64,000 nucleotides of DNA from an uncultured Candidatus Saccharibacteria bacterium (GTDB taxonomy: Bacteria; Patescibacteriota; Minisyncoccia; Phycocordibacterales; UBA12088): NCBI GenBank assembly GCA_964531785.1, contig CAZHFF010000001.1, positions 7,880 to 71,879 on the forward strand, given 5' to 3'. The notes below the pieces were generated by a model. The model had not been told where the DNA came from, searched no databases, and saw only the letters and a list, made by a program, of their open reading frames with translations. The stretch's first letter is position 1; each line of letters opens with the position of its first letter. Shown in pieces: positions 49,301 to 56,718 of the stretch. Made by a program: the position numbers and the translations under genes.

Positions 49301-51669
49301 CGGGCGCGACCGCAGGTCAAGCGGCTGCGCATGTCGTTGATGGCGGATCGCTCGCAGACGCCGAGGCATATACGGGCGTGCCCCGTGCGCTCGGCAACCT
49401 CAAGCGCGCGGCTGATTGGGTCGATGAGAAGGTCGGCCTCAGGGGTGTTCCCGAGACACCTGATGTGGCAGAGTCTGAGGTAGCCGGAATACCGGAAACA
49501 GAAAAGACGGCCTCGGTCAGTGAACCAAGCGTGCAGCCTGAGGACGCACCGATCAGCGAGCCGGCACGTTCGCCTGCGCCCGAAGTGGGAGAACAGGTAG
49601 AGCCGGATGCACAGCGTGCGGAACAGCCCGAGGCGAACCCGATCGAGTCGCGCGGCGTTTTCCGGCCGGAGGGTACGCTTGAAGTGCGGCTCGAGGATGA
49701 TTCCATCATGCTCCGTGATCCGAGCGATCCCCGTGTTGTCTACACCTGCTTCGACTCAGGTCGATGCTACCGCACCACACTGAACGATCCTACCGCGCCG
49801 GGTTACCGCAATAGCGACGGACCCCAGGATTCACCTGAGATCGAGAAGCACGAGCTCCCCCCGGCTATGCGTGAGCGGGTCATGCGGTGGGATCGTGAGC
49901 ACGACCTGCAAGCGGCGCTCGATCGCGAAGTACGGGAAGGAGCTATCCCGCACGCGGCCCCAAGAAGCGAGGAGGGGCGCGTCTGGTTGAACGACGAGCA
50001 AATGTTTAGTGAGGTAGAGCCGCAGGTCGGGCAACGCACGCCTCTAGCGCAGCCTGAAACGGCGCTACAGGTCGGTGCGATTGATACAACCTATGCACAG
50101 GGCGAGAGTCCAGTGAGCGTCATTCAGGATATGGTGCGAAAGCTCGACCCATCGCTCACCGAAGAGCAGGTCGGACGCGTTGCGTACCGACTGTTCCTTG
50201 AGATCCAGCATGACGGTGCGGCACAAGAGGCATTCAATGTACACGAGGGGAAGTGGAACCTGGTACGACCGGGAAGTACGGCCCGATACAGATTCGACGA
50301 GGCCCTTCTTGAGCGAGAGCTGCAGTCGGTGCGCGGAACACCGGCGACCGAACCTGCTCCGATCGAAGCACGTACAGAGGAACCTGTTGTCCTGCGCGAG
50401 AAGCAGGAACCGGCGCGTGTGGCCGCTCCGGAGCCTGTGCGTTACCGGCCGGGTGACTTCCCACGAACGCCGGAGCTTTTCAATAATCTTGAGAACCTGG
50501 GGCAGGTACCGGACCACCTGGGCGCAGGGACTCGGCCGGCGCTTGAGTACCTGTTCTCGTCCGGTGCGTGGAGCGCCGAGGTGACCGCACTCAGGCCGCG
50601 CATCCTCAGTGCATGGGGTGCGCTCAGCCAGGTGCCCGTAGCCAAGCTCATCGACGAAACCCCTGGGGCAGAGTTCGAGCTTGCGGGCGGCTCGGTACGG
50701 CTCACGCCCGAGACGGAGCAGCTGCTCGTCGTCCTTTCACACCAGCTTGAGCGAATGCCAGGCGCACGCGGGTTGCTCGAAGTGCACGCAGCTGCGGGCG
50801 GGACGTTCGGCGCGCTCTTACAGGACATCGCGCGTGAACAGAGCGGTGTCGCTGCACCTCCACAGCAGGTCGCGCCTAGTATACGCACACCCGCATACAA
50901 GCCGGGCGGCCGCATGGGCCTGGTGCTGCGCGACCCAGGTCGAGTAGCGGTGGAGATGATCGCCGATAACCGGCAGCAGGCAGAGATCGACCGTGCACGA
51001 GCCATTGCCGCATCTCGGGGGTACGAGCATGGGCGAGGCGGGTACGGCCGTCATACGCCGCTCGTGCCGGGGAGGGCAGGGGTCGGCGTGTATGGTGAGG
51101 CGGTCGGGGAGGTCCCGATCTCCCGGAACGGTTCGCTCCGGATAGGTGGGCGCGCGGGTGCTGAGGTCACCGTACAGGGCGGGCCGACGCTGCGTGCACC
51201 TGGAGCAGCAACGCCCGAAGCACTCGCGCAGGTCGAAGGCGACCTCCTGCGTGATCTGCGTTCAGGCTGGTTCAACGCCCCGAACTTGACCGACGCTGAG
51301 ATCACCCGGTTCCGCACTATCGATACTATTAGCGCTGAAGAGCTCGCGCTCTATACACCCAAGGCACAGCAAGCACTCATTGATGCTGGGCTCGCGGAGC
51401 AAGGAGAAGCACTGAGCCGGTACATGCGCAGCCTCATGCGCCAGGGGATCGATCGCCTCGAGGCGAACGCGGCAGCAGGGGTGAGGCGAGCGCCGGGGTA
51501 TAAGGTGGTGGGCGGACCCGACGCGAGCGCGCTCAGTCCGTTCGAGTATGCGCACCATATGAAGGGTATCAATGCGCGCGACCTGCCCGTCGGCGCAGCA
51601 CGCAACCGTCCTCTTAGGCAGCAGGGTTTCGGTATTCGCCGGGGCAGACCGTATAACTTAAATCAGTAG
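46360..51669 (+). CDS. 1,769-aa orphan protein: no signal peptide, Pro/Glu/Ala/Thr-rich spacers, coiled-coil segments, central Gly/Ala-rich hydrophobic hairpins
   Basis: Single ORF. TATAGT hexamer (46343-46348) lies 11 nt upstream. Hydrophobic G/A-rich segments are encoded at ~48960-49340 (LRVVGAGAIGAGAALLAAPTAAAAAFWAGGAA..GFLTGMGAAVG; ATVVAGAAAFGAGATAG). I recognise no catalytic motifs. Confidence 0.75.
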   Translation: MRERPVPVPVEEAQPTRGLVLSEIPTSGELEALTSSELLARMRSLEDWKGAAHMLITTEELDADPKQRSAVETRVAELVSELVKQGKLYPGQEYVIDPLTGVGAWLPHQASSEAQGVETTDLSPSPSKGVPKPERVISTEHKLLEVLGFKKQQKDLVNASNGELIAAAQELAHLDPNIFKVDVGAFPHDLDALTVEDLTSRPDDAPDVMRRKIALRKELVDWIAAETTHFEQREVSGAPELSRSGAPAAVPPTTEAGVPPVPPKAEGSTEPHEPSETERAAYQARVRDELDHLPREELGSPEQLAANELLGRLERQTDPKRIDDLRVGIDKNLKRMRERISARRGTSTTGESGTAVVPEPVATEDLETVARSLESLTDVDEIRTGRKRLVLMYADLVLNALHTHSTTDAHFAEPMGITLMRKIVEKLRSTTEMTEQTDRLAELILEAIERNHEEITRYGIVLPPLPKLPAIPETPTEPMSDAAAEGVVEEPPAAEPTAEPAAPRLAAETAGETKPDVSETFETGLEQALEHNAALPNADTSSADRSVNITYNIGDGAQVGVVAHEGVHNSMIGIAAQPGTAAGVPAERTEPSVPERVQQTSSAPEAVTEKQDAPTALPAHEPTPVAEPAPETPTQPKAVPAGAPETDAAETAPTPPETASDRTGEEAAALAAPADMVPSEAAGESVSSPGVTAPEATPAEPTPEAAPSDPYQQTRAEYHEFTSRLREAGKEYQAALMALTTRRNELGLLKRAKNAKELVLLAKVRDEKEAAYDALLGEVRTKRTERVTKIVEAVKARRERRGDLEEAVSRDPAAHILAWHEAILYAQTMRHAATIEQLQGVGAQKEHGPLVRRMQAVAEYYRKIPLANKLTLRVVGAGAIGAGAALLAAPTAAAAAFWAGGAAATRAGVGFLTGMGAAVGTKKGLDSVIEKRAARKTGELKKDFAGKHLADTRKQLLAIRKQERQLKTGATVVAGAAAFGAGATAGQAAAHVVDGGSLADAEAYTGVPRALGNLKRAADWVDEKVGLRGVPETPDVAESEVAGIPETEKTASVSEPSVQPEDAPISEPARSPAPEVGEQVEPDAQRAEQPEANPIESRGVFRPEGTLEVRLEDDSIMLRDPSDPRVVYTCFDSGRCYRTTLNDPTAPGYRNSDGPQDSPEIEKHELPPAMRERVMRWDREHDLQAALDREVREGAIPHAAPRSEEGRVWLNDEQMFSEVEPQVGQRTPLAQPETALQVGAIDTTYAQGESPVSVIQDMVRKLDPSLTEEQVGRVAYRLFLEIQHDGAAQEAFNVHEGKWNLVRPGSTARYRFDEALLERELQSVRGTPATEPAPIEARTEEPVVLREKQEPARVAAPEPVRYRPGDFPRTPELFNNLENLGQVPDHLGAGTRPALEYLFSSGAWSAEVTALRPRILSAWGALSQVPVAKLIDETPGAEFELAGGSVRLTPETEQLLVVLSHQLERMPGARGLLEVHAAAGGTFGALLQDIAREQSGVAAPPQQVAPSIRTPAYKPGGRMGLVLRDPGRVAVEMIADNRQQAEIDRARAIAASRGYEHGRGGYGRHTPLVPGRAGVGVYGEAVGEVPISRNGSLRIGGRAGAEVTVQGGPTLRAPGAATPEALAQVEGDLLRDLRSGWFNAPNLTDAEITRFRTIDTISAEELALYTPKAQQALIDAGLAEQGEALSRYMRSLMRQGIDRLEANAAAGVRRAPGYKVVGGPDASALSPFEYAHHMKGINARDLPVGAARNRPLRQQGFGIRRGRPYNLNQ

Positions 51670-51672
51670 TAC

Positions 51673-52026
51673 ATGGACACCGACCAACAGAACGAACAGG
51701 AAGCGTTCATTGACCTTGGGGGCGTGCCCGAGTCTGAGCAGCATGAGCTCCTTGAGGAGCTCGGCAGTGTCCTGTTCGAAGGTGTCATGGAGCGCGTGTT
51801 TGCACAGCTCGACGAGGAGCAGGGGAAAGCGTTGACCCTGCTCATTGAGGTGTCGAACCAGGACCCGGAGAGTGAAGAGAAGCGCACGCTCGTTGCACAG
51901 TACCTTGACGAGCACGTGCCGGACCTCGAGCAGCTCGTCATCGAGGAGGCACAGCTCCTCCATGAGGCTCAGGAAACCGTACTTGCTGAGCTTGGAGTAG
52001 CAGAGGAGAAGCCGGGCACCAGCTAG
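51673..52026 (+). CDS. Small (117 aa) highly acidic helical protein, translationally coupled to the 1,769-aa gene
   Basis: Starts 3 nt after the upstream stop. MDTDQQNEQEAFIDLGGVPESEQHELLEELGSVLFEGVMERVFAQLDEEQ... A 21-bp-stem hairpin follows. Confidence 0.55.
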   Translation: MDTDQQNEQEAFIDLGGVPESEQHELLEELGSVLFEGVMERVFAQLDEEQGKALTLLIEVSNQDPESEEKRTLVAQYLDEHVPDLEQLVIEEAQLLHEAQETVLAELGVAEEKPGTS

Positions 52027-52033
52027 CCCGCCA

Positions 52034-52078
52034 TCACTTAGGGACCCGGAAGCTATAAGCTTCCGGGTCCCTAAGTGA
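52034..52078. terminator. Very stable hairpin (21-bp perfect stem, 3-nt loop) ending the giant-gene operon; no U-tract
   Basis: TCACTTAGGGACCCGGAAGCT-ata-AGCTTCCGGGTCCCTAAGTGA. Confidence 0.6.
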
Positions 52079-52140
52079 GTAGCGCAGAGCAGCAGCTACG
52101 CGCTTGGACGAGCACAGGGTTGTGTAGTATCGTAGCTTGC

Positions 52141-53442
52141 ATGCGCAACAACATCGTCCATCCCGGTGCCGACGAGCTCACGTACGAGATACGCGGGATC
52201 GTCGCTGCTGCCGAAAAGCTCCGTGATCTCGGTGTGCCGATCTACTGGGAGAACATCGGCGACCCGGTCGCGAAAGGAAATCCGGTGCCGACATGGATCA
52301 AGGACATCGTTTCCGACCTGACGACGAACTGCGATGCGTCATACGGGTACTCGCCGACCAGAGGCATGCTCGAAACACGAAAGTTCCTGGCCGCTATGCG
52401 TAATGCTGAGGGCGGTGCCCAGATCACGGAGGACGATATCCTCTTTTTCAACGGCCTGGGGGACGCGATACAGACGTCGTTCATGTACCTGCATCCGACC
52501 GCACGGGTCCTGGGGCCCAACCCAGCCTACCCGACCCACTCGAGCGCAGAGGCCGCCCATGCGAAGAGTCCGCATCTCACCTATGACCTACTCCCAGAGC
52601 GTGGATGGCAGCCGGACCTCGAAGATATTCGTAATAAGGTCAAGTACAATCCGCAGGTAAGCGGCGTCCTGATCATAAACCCGGACAATCCGACCGGTAC
52701 CGTGTATTCACGCGAAACACTCGAGGGTATCGTTGCGATAGCGCGTGAGTACGACCTGTTCATGATGAGCGATGAGATCTATGCGAACATAACCTATAAC
52801 GGGCAGCGCATGGTGCCGCTCTCCGAAGTGCTCGACGGGGTGCCGGGCATAGCGCTCAAAGGTCTCTCCAAAGAGGTGCCCTGGCCGGGTGCTCGATGCG
52901 GCTGGATGGAGGTCTACAACCGGGATCGCGATATGAACTTCAGCCGCTACATGAAAGCGCTCGTCGATGCGAAGATGCTCGAGGTCTGCTCGACCACGCT
53001 GCCACAGATGGCACTTCCACGCATCTTTTCGAACCCGGAGTACGGGAAACACCTCCGGAGCGTGGCAGCGACGTATGGCAAGAAAGCGCTCCTGTTCGAG
53101 GAAGCATTCCGGCAGGTGAACGGGGTTATCGCGAACAAACCGAGCGGCGCGTTCTATGCCGCTGTGGTCTTTAAAGACGGCATGCTCCGGGACGACCAAA
53201 CGCTGCCGCTGCCTGATCAGGCGGTGCGCTCATACATCGAGGAACTCGTGGTCGGCATGCCCAACGATAAGCGGTTCGTACACTACCTCATGGCGGCGAC
53301 CGGTATCTGTGTCGTGCCGCTCTCCGGAATGAACTCGCACCTCGACGGCTTTCGGATGACCCTGCTTGAACCGGACACCGAGCGTTTCAGGGCAATGCTC
53401 ACGACCCTTGTTACCAGTATAGACGCATACCTAACCTCATAA
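52141..53442 (+). CDS. Class I/II PLP-dependent aminotransferase (alanine/aspartate aminotransferase-like)
   Basis: IVHPGADELTYEIRGIV.., NPDNPTG, LSKEVPWPGARCGWM (PLP Lys region). I prefer ATG 52141 (10 nt after TAGTAT) because the track start 52075 lies inside the hairpin. Confidence 0.9.
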   Translation: MRNNIVHPGADELTYEIRGIVAAAEKLRDLGVPIYWENIGDPVAKGNPVPTWIKDIVSDLTTNCDASYGYSPTRGMLETRKFLAAMRNAEGGAQITEDDILFFNGLGDAIQTSFMYLHPTARVLGPNPAYPTHSSAEAAHAKSPHLTYDLLPERGWQPDLEDIRNKVKYNPQVSGVLIINPDNPTGTVYSRETLEGIVAIAREYDLFMMSDEIYANITYNGQRMVPLSEVLDGVPGIALKGLSKEVPWPGARCGWMEVYNRDRDMNFSRYMKALVDAKMLEVCSTTLPQMALPRIFSNPEYGKHLRSVAATYGKKALLFEEAFRQVNGVIANKPSGAFYAAVVFKDGMLRDDQTLPLPDQAVRSYIEELVVGMPNDKRFVHYLMAATGICVVPLSGMNSHLDGFRMTLLEPDTERFRAMLTTLVTSIDAYLTS

Positions 53443-53448
53443 ACCACC

Positions 53449-54864
53449 ATGAAGCTACTCCTTGAAGCAACGCAGCCCGCTCCCTCGCGCCCCGACCATG
53501 TTACGGTCGCGTTCGACACGGCTACCGACCTGACCGATGTGCGCACGACGCCTGCGCGGGAGCTCGTACTCGGTGTCGAGGGTGAGCTGCCGCTCACGCG
53601 ACGCAAGCTCGTCACCTTGGTCCGCCGCATGGTGCTCGAGGCGAAAGCGCGCAGGTACCGCCGCCTCGTGCTCGATTTCGATGCGCTGCATGCGCTCGTA
53701 CCTACGTTCGAGCGAACCGAGCTTGCGCGTCAGATCGGCGAGAATGTCCACCTCGCGAACCACGAGTACAGCAAATTCCGCGAGGAACCCAAGAAAGGCT
53801 GGGCATTCCTTGATGAGCTCGTCGTCCGTGCGCCGGATGCCGAGGTCCTTCGAGCATCGCTTGTCCTTGGTGAGATCGTGGCACGTGAGGTGAACGATTG
53901 TCGCGATCTTGCGAACACGCCCGGGGGTGACATGACACCGCTCGTGCTGGCGAACCACGCTAAGAAGGCTGCACGCGGGACCGGTGCCACGGTGCGCGTC
54001 CTCGGGCGCACCGATATCGAGAAGCTCAAGATGGGGGCACTTCTTGGTGTCGCGCGCGGGTCGGTCCACGAGCCCAAGTTCATCATAGCGGAGTACTGGG
54101 GCGGCAAGCGAAAAACCGCACCCGTCGTCCTCGTAGGCAAAGGAGTTACGTTCGATACCGGCGGTCTCTCCATCAAACCGGCAGACTATATGTATGAAAT
54201 GCACCTTGACATGTCCGGCGGTGCTGCGGTGCTTCATGCGCTCTTTGCCGCAGCAAGGCTCAAGCTGCCAGTCAATGTCGTAGCACTCGTGCCTGCGGTC
54301 GAGAACATGCCCGGAGGCGAGAGCTATCGACCCGGCGACATCTTGCGGAGCATGAGCGGGAAGACCATCGAGGTCCTGAACACCGACGCGGAGGGCCGGC
54401 TCATTCTAGCCGACGCGCTCACCTATGCAGTGCGCTACAAACCCACCGCAGTGATCGACGTGGCAACGCTTACCGGCGCTGCGCTCGTTGCGCTCGGTAC
54501 CAAGGCGACCGCGCTCATGACCAAGGAAGACGCGTTCGCAGAAACACTGCTCGCGCTCGGTGAGGAGAGCGGCGATTACCTCTGGCGCCTACCGCTCTGG
54601 GACGAGTACAAGGGTATGGTAAAGGGAAAGTTCGCCGACCTTGCGAACGTGCCTCATGAGCAGTCCCGATTCGCGGGCAGTATCGGCGGCGGCATGTTCC
54701 TTGCCGAGTTCGCGACCGGTTACCCTGAGGGGACGCCGTGGGCGCACCTCGATATAGCGCCACGTATGACGAGCGACAAGGGCGACCAGTTGGCACCCGG
54801 GGCTGCTGGCGCACCGGTCCGTTTACTTGTGCGTTACCTCGAGCACGTCGGCAGGACTTCGTGA
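53449..54864 (+). CDS. pepA: Leucyl aminopeptidase (M17)
   Basis: VGKGVTFDTGGLSIKP, NTDAEGRLILADAL, ATLTGA. Confidence 0.95.
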   Translation: MKLLLEATQPAPSRPDHVTVAFDTATDLTDVRTTPARELVLGVEGELPLTRRKLVTLVRRMVLEAKARRYRRLVLDFDALHALVPTFERTELARQIGENVHLANHEYSKFREEPKKGWAFLDELVVRAPDAEVLRASLVLGEIVAREVNDCRDLANTPGGDMTPLVLANHAKKAARGTGATVRVLGRTDIEKLKMGALLGVARGSVHEPKFIIAEYWGGKRKTAPVVLVGKGVTFDTGGLSIKPADYMYEMHLDMSGGAAVLHALFAAARLKLPVNVVALVPAVENMPGGESYRPGDILRSMSGKTIEVLNTDAEGRLILADALTYAVRYKPTAVIDVATLTGAALVALGTKATALMTKEDAFAETLLALGEESGDYLWRLPLWDEYKGMVKGKFADLANVPHEQSRFAGSIGGGMFLAEFATGYPEGTPWAHLDIAPRMTSDKGDQLAPGAAGAPVRLLVRYLEHVGRTS

Positions 54865-54877
54865 TAGAATACACACC

Positions 54878-55417
54878 ATGTACCCGTTCCTCTTGCGTAA
54901 GGGGGTCCACAGCATTACAGCGGTCCTGCTTGCGTTCATCGGCGTGACCTATGGGCTCGTGCCAGTCGTTGCGATCGGCCTGGTGCTGCTCGGCGTCTTC
55001 CTGCTTACGAGGCAGCGTGCGGTCCTTGATGTCCTCGGTCTTGTACAGAAAGCGTCCTACGGAGAGCTCTTTCTCGCGCTCGGCGTGATCCTGTCCGCGC
55101 TCCTCTACCTCACTGGTGGCCCGGATGCGTTCGTCGGCAGCATCCTCGTACTCGCGTTCGCCGACCCGCTTGCAGCCATCGTCGGTACTCGGTATGGCAA
55201 GCGGGAGTACCGGGTGTTCGGCGAGCGACGAACCTTCGAGGGGAGTGCCGTATGCCTTGCAGTTGCTGCGTTCATCCTCATGGCCTTCGGTATGTACTGG
55301 CCCTACGCGCTTCTCGGCGGGCTCGTACTTGCGGTGGTCGAAGCGTTTGCCCCCCGTGGTTCGGACAACTTGTTGCTGCCGCTCGTTGCGGGTCTTCTGC
55401 TTGGTTTCATCGGCTGA
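54878..55417 (+). CDS. Polyprenol/dolichol/phytol kinase-like membrane protein (CTP-dependent kinase family)
   Basis: Polytopic, with LAFADPLAAIVGTRYGK..F..RTFEGS and VEAFAPRGSDNLLLPL. ATG lies 7 nt after TAGAAT (54865-54870). Confidence 0.65.
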   Translation: MYPFLLRKGVHSITAVLLAFIGVTYGLVPVVAIGLVLLGVFLLTRQRAVLDVLGLVQKASYGELFLALGVILSALLYLTGGPDAFVGSILVLAFADPLAAIVGTRYGKREYRVFGERRTFEGSAVCLAVAAFILMAFGMYWPYALLGGLVLAVVEAFAPRGSDNLLLPLVAGLLLGFIG

Positions 55418-55460
55418 GCGCTATCCACTGCTCCTGCTCTACACGTAGCGCGCTCTGCGC

Positions 55461-55466
55461 TACAAT
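55461..55466 (+). promoter_or_regulatory. -10-like hexamer TACAAT 6 nt upstream of ATG 55473 (leaderless-type)
   Basis: Sequence ctgcgcTACAATagtgctATG. Confidence 0.5.
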
Positions 55467-55472
55467 AGTGCT

Positions 55473-56705
55473 ATGCGATGGTACCTGTCGCGGGTGCGTT
55501 CCGGTGCGGCTGTTTTGGCTGTAGGCGTGTTGACCATGCTCGTTGCCGCGCCAGCCATTGTCGTATGGGCAGAGGATGACCATGGCACCGAGAGTCAGCT
55601 TCCGCCCGGGCACACCGGTTCAGGGCCGTTCACAGTGACCCCTATCGTGGCGAACGAGAAGGCGAAGCCGCGGGACATCATCAAGAAAGAGCTCCTGATC
55701 GTCAACACGTCGAACGAACGAAAGAGCCTGCGGGCGACCGTCGAGAACCTGGACCCGAACTCGGGTGCGCAGGCGATCGTTTCGCCCGGGGTCGCCGATC
55801 TGTCACAATCGCTCGCGAACTGGATCGAGATCACCCGTGGGGTGATCACACTTGCTCCGGGCGAGAGCCGCAAGGTGCCGTACCTGATCCATGTTAACCT
55901 CTCGGCAAAACCGGGAAGCTACTTTGCGCGCATCAGCTTTACCGATGGGACGATAGGTGTGCCGGGGAGCGGACAGAGCCTGCCTGACGGGACGAGCCTC
56001 GTGCTCAACCTTGAGGTGCAGGATGATGCCCGGGAACGGCTCCAGCTCGGGAGCTTCACCGCAGAAAGAAGCCTTATCTTGGGAGGGGAGGTAACCTTCG
56101 CGTACCTCCTCGAGAACGTCGGCAACCGTAAGCTAGAGCCGCGCGGTTCGATACGGATCTTCAACCGCCGCGGCGAAGAGGTCGGGAGCGTGCCCTTAAA
56201 CGCTGATGGCAAAGAGATCACCCCCGAGAATCGCGAGCAGCTCGCCGCGGCATGGACGGCTTCCGGCAGGTTCGGTAAGTACAAAGCGTTCCTCGACCTC
56301 GAGTACGGTGATAAGCAGCTCGCAAGCGTTCAAGATTCAGTCTACTTCTGGGTCTTTCCGTGGAAAGAGATCATGGCGACCCTGGTCGGTGTATTCGTCC
56401 TTGCGGTTCTGGGCACCTACGTGATCCACCTGCGCACCGTCGCCCGCCCTATCAGGGTGCACCAACCAGCGTATGCTGCCGAGGGTACGCGCGAGCATCC
56501 TCGCTCACGCGGTATCCATATGCCTTCCCAGGATACCCATCCGCGTCCCGAGCCTCAGCAACCCGCACCCGTCGCTCTGGCTCGCGTCACCGTTCCCCCG
56601 CTCGAGCGGTCCGGCCCCGAGGTGCGGGGTGCCACGATCGCGCTCACCCGAACCCCGCGTGCATCGACCCAAGGCAATGTCGTACAACTTCCCGCACGCA
56701 GGTAG
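55473..56705 (+). CDS. Surface-locus paralog 1: signal peptide, two beta-rich ectodomains, TM, Pro/Arg-rich tail (DUF916/DUF3324-like, tentative)
   Basis: ANWIEITRGVITLAPGESRKVPYLIHVNLSAKPGSYFARISF. Second half: ..FAYLLENVGNRKLEPRGSIRIFNRRGEEVGSVPLN... TM: IMATLVGVFVLAVLGTYVI. Confidence 0.7.
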   Translation: MRWYLSRVRSGAAVLAVGVLTMLVAAPAIVVWAEDDHGTESQLPPGHTGSGPFTVTPIVANEKAKPRDIIKKELLIVNTSNERKSLRATVENLDPNSGAQAIVSPGVADLSQSLANWIEITRGVITLAPGESRKVPYLIHVNLSAKPGSYFARISFTDGTIGVPGSGQSLPDGTSLVLNLEVQDDARERLQLGSFTAERSLILGGEVTFAYLLENVGNRKLEPRGSIRIFNRRGEEVGSVPLNADGKEITPENREQLAAAWTASGRFGKYKAFLDLEYGDKQLASVQDSVYFWVFPWKEIMATLVGVFVLAVLGTYVIHLRTVARPIRVHQPAYAAEGTREHPRSRGIHMPSQDTHPRPEPQQPAPVALARVTVPPLERSGPEVRGATIALTRTPRASTQGNVVQLPARR

Positions 56706-56718
56706 TTCGCTCGTACAC

